Below are positions 15,020 through 27,075 of a stretch of 64,000 nucleotides of DNA, piece by piece (position 1 is the first letter of the stretch; every line of letters starts with the position of its first letter). Made by a program: the position numbers and the translations under genes. Source of the DNA: Lama guanicoe. Lineage: Eukaryota. The DNA is taken from positions 3,640,303 to 3,704,302 of the forward strand of contig MU053513.1 in NCBI GenBank assembly GCA_013239625.1, given 5' to 3'. A model generated the notes under the pieces. That model saw only the letters and a list, made by a program, of their open reading frames with translations. It was not told where the DNA came from and did no database searches.

Positions 15020-16169
15020 CGGGGATGCTCACTTTGTCTACCAGGACAGTGTTTTTAAATGACGTATGATCTCCTTTGTTTAAGAATCTATTCTCAGTTG
15101 TGTGTGAAAGTGGTTTTATGACAACCACAGAAACATTAATTGAGAATAAGTGACTGAACACAACTAAGGAATTGACTGTGTATAATTTTCCAACTTACTT
15201 TTATCAATTTTAGCAACTAGTGATATATAAGCACCAGAAACTATGATTCTGATATTAATATCCAGTTTCTTTCACTAATATGTGGTGGTGGGGGGGGACT
15301 GGGGCAGAATCTCTGCCCTAGTCCTGGTTTGAGTCCTTCCAATATCTAATCCCTGCTGTGATCCTGGTCCTTCCTGGGTCTCCTCCTGATCTGCTTTTGA
15401 TTTGCACATCCTGTCTGTATCTCAATTAGTCCAAGCTAGGTAGACATCTTCCCGTTATCAGAGATGATTGAAAAACTGGAACATTAACAGTCTCAGTCTA
15501 AAATCATACTTTTTGAATATCTAATATTCCAGTCATATATCAAGTCCAGTCTTTAAAATACAAGCTTCATCTCTTCTATTTCAGTTACTCTTGGGCTTTT
15601 CTTTTCTTAATCACTAATTCCACAAATTTATAACATGCTGGCAGTGCAACTTCTTTCAACATAAACAGGCTCTGCAAAAATGTCTGCTACAAAATGCCTC
15701 CTGAACAATTTGCAGTTCTTATGGATGTCCCCCATGCATTTTCAGAGAGAGGTTTCATTGATGCTCATGGCTTTTGGTGGGTAGAAAACAATTTTGGTTT
15801 GAATGTTACAAGAAACAATCTTAGGATTTTCTTAGGAATCATTTACCGGGTGGCTGATGCCTATGTCTGCTTGCTGCCTGCCAGAGTTTTACTGATTGAA
15901 CGTTGTACATCTGCTTTCATGTGGGTTACGTACGTGTCACAGGGCTCATTTTGACCATGTGCTCTGGAAGTGTAGAATCATTCCTTTCATAGCCGTATTA
16001 AATCCATCTGGTAAGAACAAAGGCATAGCCAGTAAGAAGCAAAATGGAGAAAGTGTTGTAAAAAGAAGAAAGGGGCATTCTACAATATATTAAATCATAA
16101 TAACAACCCTTGTCCCATTTTTAACCAACAAACTTATCAACTCCTTTGTATAATAAATTCAGAAGAATA

Positions 16170-17340
16170 TGTATTCATTCAATGAATATTTACTAACTCC
16201 TAATTAAACGTTGTACTAGAAGTAAAGATACAGAGATAATTAAGTCCTAGGTTCTACCCTCAAGTCCCCCCCACTCTAGTGGCAGAGACAAGTATGCACG
16301 AATAACTGAAACACAGCGCTGTGGCAGAGTTCTGACAAAGTGGGAAGGGAGCACAGGGCAGGACCTCTTCTTCAGCCTAGTTTGGCCAGTGATTACCTCC
16401 CAAAGGAGCGGACATTTAAGCTGAATCTTGATGTTTTGACAGGTAGGAAGGGTAAAAGAGCATTCAAGGCAGAGAAAAAAATCATTATTAGTTGAGCCCT
16501 ATGAAATTGCCATTTTTTATGTCAAAACCAGTCAAATGTCAACAATTTCATACGGTTCAGCCACATACAAAGCCACTAAGATTTGAGAGAGCGAAGGTTA
16601 TTGGTGAGAGTGGGTAGACGATAGAAAATAATTTTGAGCAGCTTAGTAAGGGCCAGGTTAAGGAGCTTGTATTTTATTTTGTAAGCAATTGAGAATCTTA
16701 CAAGGTTTTGACCAATGGATTTATATGTCAAGTTCTGTATTTTATAAAAAGTGAATGATGGGTCAGAGAGAGCAAGGTGCTGTTTGGAGGCTGTCGTATC
16801 AGTCCAGATAAGAAATAATGAGGCTTCAACCCAGACAGTGACAGTAAGATTGGAGAGAAAGAAACAACATTGTAGGATAGAGAATTTTAGGACTTGTCAA
16901 TCAAGCAGATGTGGAGGATGAGAGAGGAGTTAAGAATGGCAGGATTTTTAGGTTGGGTAAAGGAGTGGGTGGTAGACAGACAAGGAAAAGAGAGCAAACT
17001 TTTGGAACTCTGGGAGCAATAGATAGTAAATTCAATGTTGGGCATTTGAATTTAAAAATAAGGGGCTAGCATTTGGGAGAAAAGTTAAAGCTGTTCATGG
17101 CTAGCACCTTGGAAACCATGATATAGATGAGATTCTCCTTAGATTAGCAGATAGAATTGATAGATGAGCTGGATCCCAAGAGAACCCTGAGATTGTGCCA
17201 CCATTAAGATGCAGACAGAGAAACAACAAACAGTCCATGAAGAAGACCAAGAAGAAGCAGAAGAGTTGAAAGAAGTTGCATGTGAAAGAGTTTTTCTGAA
17301 AGACCAAGTAAGAGAGGATTTTGAGGATGGAGTACTTAAT
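16170..17340 (-). mobile_element. LINE-2 fragment
   Basis: attcattcaatgaatatttac tail; ttggaggctgtcgtatcagtccagataagaaataatg. Confidence 0.75.
16486..16567. mobile_element. MADE2 mariner-derived MITE inserted into an L2
   Basis: ~80 bp with inverted arms gttgagccctatgaaattg / caatttcatacggttcagc and TA ends. Confidence 0.85.
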
Positions 17341-20274
17341 AATTATGGTTTCCTGGGAAATTCATGTTTGGGGGTACACTGAAAGTATATCATGTACTTT
17401 AGTGTTCTTAGTAAAATGAGAGCCAATATTAAATATTGTGGAGAGGAAATCTCAATGACCCTTGATGTTAGAAAAATGAAGATATTTTAGACTAGTGCAA
17501 ACTCTTTCCAGCCTTAAGGCTCTTTTTAAATTTAAGTTTTTGCGTAAGGATTTATAATAATGAATAATATATATCATATATGAGATAATATAGATATAAT
17601 TTATAGTTCCATCTATGTCAAAGTTCAAGTTTTCTGCTTCTCCTTGTGCTTTCTAAACACAGATTCACAGACACATACTCCAAACTCATGCTTTTCTATG
17701 GGGAGCTCTCCATGCTTTACAGATGTTGCATAATTCATTTTCCACACTCAGTGCTGTGTTGCGGATAGAAACAGTAACTTTGTGCTGGAAGCTAAGTAAA
17801 GGGGTGTTAAGAGACTTGCCAGTTGTTAACTTTAGATAGAACCTACATTCTCAGACTGTTGATTCTCAAGGAGCAAGCCCATGCTGAGAAGAGGCTATAT
17901 CTTGAGTATCTTGCCCTTTGTTTGCAGCATGAGGCAGGGAAGAATGACTAAAAGCTGCAGTTCAACTACTTAAAACTAAGACTTTATTCTTCTAGAAAAA
18001 CTCTTAGTGAACATAAGTGAAGATGAAGCAATTATATTAATTTGCTATCTAAATTTAAGATAAATTTGATATATCAAAATTCTGAAAAGCTACCATGGAG
18101 CTCAACAGAAGTGATGATTAAGAGTCAGGGATAGTTTAGCATTATTTAATGATTCCTTGGAACAGTTTTAGGATTCCCAGTAATATTTTTCCCAGTTAAC
18201 TTCCCAAATATTTGCATTAGGCAAGATAAACTCAAGTCCTTTTTGTGTCCAGCATGTTCCATCTTGGCCTTCTTAAGTCTTTAGGCAGTGTCTCAGCTGT
18301 TGTTCCTGCTGCTGCTGCAACCCCAGTCAATGAGAATCTCAAGACAGGCTGCCCCTCCACACACTTTGGCACATTTATCCAGTAACTAAAAGATGAGGTC
18401 AGGGTGAAAGTCTGAAAATCTTCCAACTTTTAACAATAAACAGCTACTGAACACGCAGAGTTTTTGCAGCAAAGTGTGAACGGTGATGCTGGTGCGTTTT
18501 CTGTTACTCAGCGTTAGTTATCGTTAGAGTGGAGGTGGTCCTCACTATGACTCTTCTGGAACCAAGCTGCACAGACAGGAAGTTTCGGTAGATTCTCCAA
18601 ATGTTAGCTGGAGAGACAGAAAGAGACACAGTGGGACTGCTGAGTGGCTTTTAGGTAGCTGACAAACAATAATTGTGTTAGACGGGAATTAACTGTAATC
18701 GTTTAGGAAGGGGAACAATAGATACAAAGAACAGATGTCCTTGAACTTTGTCTAATGTTCAACCTTTATTATTTGACTGTTAAAATTACTTAAAGTATAA
18801 AGTAAAAGTAGAGAAATTAAATTCCAGGTAATTTAATAACCATTATCCACCTCATTACCTCCTTTTGCAGACATATGAAATATTACTTTTATAATCGAAT
18901 GTGCATATCTGCTTTTAGATTTTCTCCAAACCCAAACGTATTTCAGTAAACTTTCTTATGTATGGCCTCTATATATTTTCTTTTCCTTTTCTAATAATTC
19001 TTTCTCTGCATTTTTCTTGATCTTGTTTCTCCAATTTCTTCCCTTTTGCCTTTTTCCTTCTCGACCTTTACCTTAATTCTTCGATTTTTATCAGGCGCCC
19101 TACTCTTTCCTCTCATTTTTTCTTCTTTAAATCTCTTTTCAGCTTATTTTTCTGTTTGGTTTTGTCTTGTCTTCAGTTTTCACTTTCCTCTTTGCCTTCT
19201 TGTCTATTACCCTGTCTTTGCCCACTTATATGCAGTTGACAAGAGCTAGAAACAACACGATTCAATAACTTGTCACATGGGTTGTTAATAATGGTCAGTC
19301 CACCTTTAGGAGCATTCAAGGCCAGCCCTTTTTTGATGTGGCCCTTGGGGATTAAAACCAACAACAGGCAACCCTTTATGTCCATTACAGAAAAGACAGA
19401 TGTCACCTAACCACATTCACAGCAGAAAACTGAAAAACAAGATCTTTGAACTCCAAATGCTCAGAGAAAATATATTTTTGCCAAGTTGATATAATAAAAA
19501 AGTGGAACAGAGTGCTTTGAAGACCGTAGGAGAGATAAATGTAAGATTTGATGCTCAAAGATTTGTGAGCATCCCTTTCTCTCTCTGTGTTAAAAACCAT
19601 TAGGGAGAAATTCATTCAAGCCATAAACTCTCCATACTGTGGCATCTATTTTCACGGTATCTTGGTGACCCAGGGAAACAGATTGCTAGGAAGGCTGGTG
19701 ATGCTGATGAAGCAGAATGGTCCTGGTTTCATTATCCTCTGTCTTGCCACCATCCTACTTCAGCCCTCATTTCCCTAATTCTCCTCATTCTGCACTCACC
19801 ACATATGCCACATACTTCATTCCAATTCCTTCTCCATCCAGGTGCCAAACAAAATCTAGCTTACTGTTTTAGATATATTACTCTTCTATTCAAGAACTTT
19901 CAGTAGATAGTGAGCTGAAATTGTAGTCAGTAGTTACCTAATTTGTAAAACAATGCGTTAGTAATAGCTCTTGTGTCAGGTTTGTAGAGTTGTAATGATC
20001 CAAATGAGATAACATATGCCAAGATGAGTCATGAACTGTCAAGTCGTTTAACACATAAAATACTCTGACCGTGGATTCCCCTGATGGACAAGTCCAAACT
20101 GAGGTCTACGCAGTCATACTGTTGTACCGACCTCCTCTCATACTTCTATCTTTCTCCTTTATCTTTTGTTCACATTGACCATCTGTCAGCTCCCAGGGCA
20201 ACCGTGGTCTTACCTGCCCTCTAGGCGTTTGCATTTGTTGTTTCTTCTGCTTGAAACTCAACTGCCACCACCTC

Positions 20275-20749
20275 TTTAATTTTTTAATCCAGCCTTATTG
20301 AGATATAATTTATATATGACATTTAGTGGGCTGATTTGATACATTTAAATGTTGCAAAATGATACTGTAGTGTTAGCTAACATCTACATCCTATCACATA
20401 ATCACCATTTCTTTTGCATGATAAGAACATTTAAGACTAGTCTCTTAGAAATTTTGAAGTATGTAACACAGTATTATTGACTGTAATCATTATGCTGTAC
20501 TTCAGATATCCAGAACTTTTCCATTTCTAACTTCAAGTTTGTGCTCTTTGACTGGCATCTCCCGATTTCCCCCAATTCCAGCCCCCAGTAGCCACCATTC
20601 TACTTGGTTTCCAAGAGTTGAGCTCTTCTAAGTTTCATATGTAAGTGACATCACACAGTATTTGTCTTACTCTGTCTGACTTATCTCACTTAGCATGATG
20701 CCCTCAGCTCCATCTATGTTGCAGCAAGTGGCAGATTTTCCTTCTTTCT
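20275..20749 (-). mobile_element. Older L1 (L1MA-like) 3'UTR; left part of the host element for the young L1
   Basis: Typical reverse L1 3'UTR (ttattgagatataatt...tctgacttatctcacttagcat). Confidence 0.85.
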
Positions 20750-23700
20750 CTCTCTCTTTTTTTTTTAATTGAACAATAGTCATTTTACAATGTTGTGTCA
20801 AATTCTAGTGTAGAGCACAATTTTTCAGTTATACACAAACATAGATATATTCATTGTCACATTTTTTTTCCTGCTATGATCTACCACAAGATCTTATATA
20901 TATTTCCCTGTGCTATATAGTATAATCTTGTTTATCTGTTCTGCATTTTAAAATCCCTGTCTGTCCCTTCCCACTCCCCACCCCCTTGCCGACCACAATA
21001 TTGTATTCTATGTCTATGAGTCTGTTTATGTTTTGTTTTGGTTTTTATTATTTTTTTTTTGATTCCTCATATGAGTGATCGCATATGGTATTTTTCTTTC
21101 TCTTTCTGGCTTACTTCACTTAGAATGACATTCTCCAGGAACATCCATGTTGCTGCAGACGGCATTATGTTGTTGGTTTTTATGGCTGTATAGTATTCCA
21201 TCGTAGAAATAGACCACATCTTCTTTACTCAGTCATCTGTTGATGGACATTTAGGCTGTCTCCATGTCTTGGCTATTGTAAATAGTGCTGCTATGAACAT
21301 TGGGGTGCAGGTGTCATCCTGAAGTAGGGTTCTTTCTAGATATATGCCCAGGAGCGGGATTCCTGGGTCATACGGTAAGTCTATTCCTGGTCTTTGGAGG
21401 AATCTCCATACTGTTTTCCACAGTGGCTTTCCTTGCTTCCCTCTCCCACTCTTAATGATTTAGATGTCTTCTTTTACAATTTTGTGTTTATTCTTTTTGT
21501 GATTCATGGCAGTTATCTCCTTTCCAGTTATGAGTTTCTCATTTTTGTAGCATCCTGCTGCTTTTCTATTTAGAGTAGACCTGCCAATATTTCTTTTAGC
21601 ATGGGTTTAGTGTTGCTAAACTCTCTTAGTTTTTGCTTGTCTGTGAAATTCTTTCTCTCCTTCTATTCTAAAGGATAGCCTTGCTGGATACAGTATCCTA
21701 GGCTGCATCTTTCTTTCATTCAGGACTTTGAATATATCTTGCCACTCCCTTCTGGCCTATAGTGTTTGTGCAGAGAAATAAGCTGAGAGCCTTTATGGGG
21801 GTTCCCTTGTAACTCACTGTTTTCCTCTTACTGCCTTTAGGATCATTTTTTCATCCTTGACTCTGGCCATCTTGATTATGATATGTCTTGGTGTGTGTCT
21901 GTTTGGGTTCTTCCTGTTTGGGACCCTCTGAGCCTCCTGTACTTGGGTATCTGATTCCTTCTTTAGGTTTGGGAAGTTTTCAGTCATGATTTCTTCAAAT
22001 ACCTTTTCAATCCCCTTTGTTCTTTCTTCCCCTTCTGGAACCTCTATTATGCATAGATTGGCTCACTTTATATTATCCCACAGGTCCCTTATATTGTTTT
22101 CATTGTTTTTTATTTGTTTTTTCTCTCAGCTGTTCTGATTGGGTGCTTTCTGTTGTCCTGTCTTCTAGGTCACTTACTCGTTCCTCTGCATTAGCTAGCC
22201 TGCTTTGTACAGCCTTTAGGTCAGCTCTCATCTCAGCAAATGAGTTTACTAATTCTACTTGGTTCTTTATAGCTTCAATTTCATTTTTGACATATTTTAT
22301 GTCTCTAAACACTATTTCTTTTAGTTCCTTCAGTACTTTGATCAGTCCTTTTTTGAAATCTTGATCTAGTAGGCCATCAATGTCTATTTCCTTGACTTTG
22401 CTTTCAGGGGATTTCTCTTGCTCTTTTAATTGGGAGTGGTTCCTCTGCTTCTTCATCTTCCTCATATCTCCCTGGCACTGCGGCTTAAGGAGTATCAGTT
22501 ATCTAGTTCTCCTGGAGACAGTGTGCTCTTAATGATTTTATCGAGAGGTCTTTGTGTCTTCGCCCTGTTTTGCGAACTCAGCTTGCTGTTTCCAGAGGCC
22601 CTCTGTTGGCGCCCTTGTCTGTGGTGCTCCCGGTGGCTGTTGGCTAGCAGATAGTGCCCCCTCCCATCATTGGGTCAGGTGCTGAGCTCTTATCTGGTGG
22701 GCAGGTGGGTCACTCGTCCTCCTGATGCCACAGTCAGATGCTGTGCTCCCCGAGGCAGGTGGGCGGATTGCGCCCCCTCCCAGCACCGTGATCAGATGCT
22801 GCGTTCCTGCCAGGAAGCGGGGTGGCCGCCCTCCCTCTCCCGGTGCTGGTCGCTCCGCTGCTCTGTGCAGCTGCCCGCTCCGCCTCTGGTTGGAGCTCCG
22901 AAGGCAGGCCCGGGGAAGACCACAGAACGGCCCCGCCCCTGCTCCGTGCCAAATCTCAGTTCCTTGTTTGTCTTGGTGGCGCGAGTTCTCTGAGGTGCCA
23001 GGGCAGAAAGATCCTATCTGCCTCGGGCTGTAAAAAAGTCTCAGTCCTGCCCAGGAGGTTGCGGAGCCCCCAGATGTGGATTCAGGTCTCGGCCCCGCCC
23101 CCGCCCGGGCACTGTGCACAGGAGGAGGTGGCGGCTGTGGCTCCGCCCTGCCTCTCTTTTCGCAAGAAGCGCCAGTAATGGTGGCGCAGGTCTGAGGAGA
23201 CAAAGGCTATGGCACCCCTCCCCCAAGGGCACACCAGCCATGTTGCTTCGCCTTTTTTCCACAATTTATGAGGGCCCGAGGTTGTTCTGCTCCATATCCC
23301 CTCCCAGCCACGGCACGCAGCACCCTGTAGTCCCCTGGGGCTGCCTCAGTGCAGCCACCTCAGTCCTTCGGGCGGCTTGTCCCAGCTCCAGCTGCCGGCT
23401 CGCATCTCAGGCTGGGTGTCACTCAGACCCTTTGTGCCCGTTTAACTCAGTTCTGTTGATCAAGGGGTGCTCAGGGCAGATCTGAGCCTCGGAGGCTCCC
23501 CCCGTCCTGCTGGCCTCTCCGTTGGAGAAGGGGAGACCCAGCAAACAAGCGCCAGTCCTCCTTTGCTGCTCCCTCCCCATGGGATTGGTCTCACGCTGTT
23601 TTGCTTTTTCTTCTTTCTTTTTTCCTTTTCTCCTACCAGATTTTTGGCGTCTTTGTCTTTTAAAGAGGGTGATGTTCTGTTGGAGTTCAGCAGGTGCTCT

Positions 23701-23800
23701 GGTTGGCTGAGTAGGTCCGTGGATGTGAGTTTTGTTGTATTTGTGGGAGATGGTGAGCTAGAAGCTTCCTTCTACTCCAGCATCTTGATTTGTCACCTGG
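20750..23800 (-). mobile_element. Young internally deleted L1 (CpG-rich 5'UTR + ORF1 + ORF2 tail/3'UTR + polyA) with 14-bp TSD
   Basis: TSD ttttccttctttct at 20736-20749 and 23801-23814. T-tract ~20757-20766. ORF1 on the minus strand ~22465-21570. Deletion junction at 21428/21429. Confidence 0.92.
21570..22465 (-). pseudogene. L1 ORF1p coding relic (frameshifted near 22110)
   Basis: MRKMKKQRNHSQLKEQEKSP...SRLANAEERVSDLEDR coiled-coil ORF1 sequence. It continues in another frame (ENNIRDLWDNIK). Confidence 0.88.
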
Positions 23801-24958
23801 TTTTCCTTCTTTCTGATGACTGAATAATATTCCATTGTATATAAGGAGACCATATCTTTATCCATTCATTCATCAACAGACTGGTTGTTTTTATGTCCTG
23901 GCTAGTATGACTGATACTGCACTGAGCATGGAAGTGCAGATATTTCTTCAAGGTCCTGTTTCATTTCCTTTGGGTATGTACACAGAAGTGAGATTGCTGG
24001 ATATTATTATTGCTGGATATAGTTATATTATCAATTTTTTGAAGAACCTCCGTACTGTTTTCCACAGTGGCTGTACTAAGTTACACCTCCACCAGCAGTG
24101 CACAATGGGTCCCTTTGCTCCAAATCCTTGCCAACACATCTCTTATGTTTTTGATGATAGCCATTCTAATAGGTATAAGGTGATAATTCATTGTGATTTC
24201 GGTTTGCAGTTTCCTGATGATCAGGGATGCTGAACACCTTTTCACATATGTGTTAGCCCTCTGTATGTCTTCTTTGGAAAAATGTCTACTTAGATCTTTG
24301 CTTATTTTTCAGTTGTATTTTTCATTTTTGCTTTTGAATTGTATGACTTCTTTATATTTTTTGGATTATTAACCCTGTACCAGATACATGCTTTGCAAAT
24401 ATTTTCCCCCATTCTGTAGGCTGCCTTTTCATCTTGTTGATGGTTTCTTTTGCTGTGAGGGAAGCTTTTTAGTACGATGCAGTCCCACTTATTTTTGCCT
24501 TTGTTGCTTGTGCTTTTGACATTATGTCTAAAACACTGCTGTGGAGACCAGTGTCAAGGAGCTTTTTCTCCTTATGTTTTCTAGGAATTTTACAGTTTCA
24601 GGTCTTATATTTAAGTTTTTAATTCATTTGAGTCGATTTTTGTGAGTGATGTAAGAGAGGGGTCAAATTTTACTTTCTTTGTAGATGGTTACTGCATTTT
24701 CCCAACATCATTCACTGAGTAGTCTTGGCTCCCTTGTCAAATATTTATTGAACATATATGTGGGGGGTTATTTCTGGGCTAACAATTCTATTCCATGTAT
24801 TTATGTGTCTGTTTTTTTGCAAATACCATACTGTTTTGATTACAATAGCTTTGTAGCAGTATAGTTTGAAATCAGGAAGTGTAATTCCTCTAGTTTTGTT
24901 CTTCTTTCTCAAGATTGCTTTGGCTGTTCAAGGTCTTTTATGGTTCCATATGAACTTT
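23801..24958 (-). mobile_element. Older L1 ORF2 3' region; right part of the same host element
   Basis: Continues seamlessly from the TSD (ctgaataatattccattgtat...). Reverse ORF2 motif ctccgtactgttttccacagtggctgtac. Confidence 0.88.
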
Positions 24959-25039
24959 AATCAAAACAGTACAATACTCATCATGTTTTTAGAGTCCTTT
25001 CCTACTCTTTTATAGTATCTTTATTATACTCTGTCATAG

Positions 25040-25262
25040 TATCATGCCTGTTTCCTTCCTAGCACTTCTGTCACTGTCACACAGTCTGTCATTATTTTAT
25101 TTGTTGATCTTTACTTATATATTGCCAGTTTCCCACACTAAATTGTGAGCTTCATGAGAGAAGGCACCTTCTGTCTGCCTTACTATTGTATTTGTAGCAT
25201 GTACTGCAGCAGCTGGTTCAGAATAGGTACCAAATCAATATTATGGAAATAAAAGAATGAGT
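25040..25262 (+). mobile_element. LINE-2 3' end
   Basis: ctaaattgtgagcttcatgagag...aataggtaccaaatcaatatt. Confidence 0.6.
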
Positions 25263-25744
25263 TGATTTTTTTCTGACTCCATAATACTAATCCACTCTAT
25301 TTTATAATTTCTACCCAATAAGAATCTAGCCAATCTGCCCTCCTCATCCTCATCAGCCATTCTTAGTTTTATACCTTTGTTCTTGTACTTCCTTTCGCCT
25401 AGAATGGACCTCTCTTCCCAGCCAGCCAAAATCTTTCCCATAATTCAAAACTTTAACCCATCCCTTGTAATTAAAGTGTCTCACATCCTCTAACTCACGC
25501 TGAGCTTTTTCTACTCTAACCATCTAGTACTCCCTACTTGTAGTACTTATTTTACTTCTACATTTTAAACTGTATTTATTTTTTAATATTAATCTTTTAG
25601 GTGCATTTATCTTTTTTATGTTGTGAAACTTGAGTGTCTGAGGGCTAGAATCATATTCTTATTTTGCTTTATATCTCCCCTCCCTAATTCTTGGTTTACC
25701 TCCCTCTCCATCCTGCCTCCCCCACCTCTCTCTCGCACATGTGC

Positions 25745-25791
25745 GCACACACACACACACACACACATACGCACACACAAGCATACACACA
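25745..25791. repeat. Imperfect (CA)n microsatellite
   Basis: Seen directly. Confidence 0.9.
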
Positions 25792-26587
25792 TCTCACTAT
25801 GGTAGCAAATAGTATACAGTTAACAAATAGCCATTGAAAAAATTACTAGGGAGGTTTCGAAACCCTGTGGAGTAGGGATTTATTCTTGGGGGGGAAATTC
25901 ATGAACTTATATCTCAGAATGGCAGGAGAGAGGATAGTAGTGGGAACTAAGACCCATTATGTACGCTGCACTGTGATACTTTGTTATAAAAAAAAGCAGG
26001 GACAGTTCCTGGACAAAATTAAGTATAAGATTGCCTAATGATTCCCAGACTTACTATTAAGATGCTATTCTGAGTATCTCAAGCTGAAGTGAAAGAAACT
26101 TACTGGTATAGTTTGTGATACATTTTATGTCTGATGATTTTTAAAAGATATGAATTAATTTAAGAAAGATTTGTATTTCAATATTCAGCTTAGGAAAACT
26201 GCAGTTGTATATATTTACTCTGGCTGGGTTTAAATTGCAAACTCCACTCCATTTAACACAAATGTCAAGAATTATTTAATCGAGTGATTATGAAATATAA
26301 AATTATTCAGAGATAAGGTCTCACAACTTGCTATTTTGCTGGTATCCATATCAGCTCTAGAATATGCTTTGCTGGGAAATGAATCTCAGTTTGACTACTT
26401 GAATTCTGTGAGAATATCCAATACTCAGTTTTCCTATGTTAATCTTATACAATATGTTTAATATTTAATAACAGTTGCAGAGAAAAATACACATTCTTTG
26501 GTGTAATCCATTTGGGTTGACTAAAAATTATTAGAATAGGAAAATCTTATTATTTTTTCTGACTGTTAAATAAATCTCACCAGTAGC

Positions 26588-27075
26588 TGTAGTATATTCA
26601 ATAATTTGTCTCCCTGAACATCCATTCCAAATCATCTTCTCTCTCGCTTCCTCTATTATAGTAACTGAAAATGTCAAACACTCGAGTTTCCTAACCACCT
26701 TCCAGGCAGGTATGGCCATGAGACACAGTTCTAGCCAATGAGCTCAAGGAGAAGTCTGCCAGGAGGGGCCTTCTTTCCTAAATAAAAAGACAGAGCTTTA
26801 TGGAAGAGATTCAGGTGTCTGGAGTGCAGGAGTCAACTTGTGACATACAGTACAAGCTTGAAGATAAATGTCTGTGAGCAAAGAATAAAGGGGTCTGAAG
26901 GAGGAAATGAGTCAGGTCCCTGATGGCATCCCTGAATGACACAGCACCCTAGCTCAGGCCTGCCAGCTGTGGGACTTCTTATTGTATGAAACAAATACAT
27001 TCTTTAGAATTTAAGCAACTGTTTCTGGTATAAACTTTCTGGTGTTTACAACTGAACACATTCTTAACTGATACA
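26588..27075 (+). mobile_element. MaLR solo LTR (MLT1I/J-like)
   Basis: ggtatggccatgagacacagttctagccaatgag...cattcttaactgataca. Confidence 0.75.

Noticed and set aside
18960..19215. Pyrimidine-rich stretch with a hydrophobic ORF
   Set aside because: Low-complexity T/C sequence with no supporting exon boundaries.
22667..23823. Cluster of overlapping 100-178 aa ORFs
   Set aside because: All lie in the GC-rich L1 5'UTR where stops are rare; no recognisable domain.
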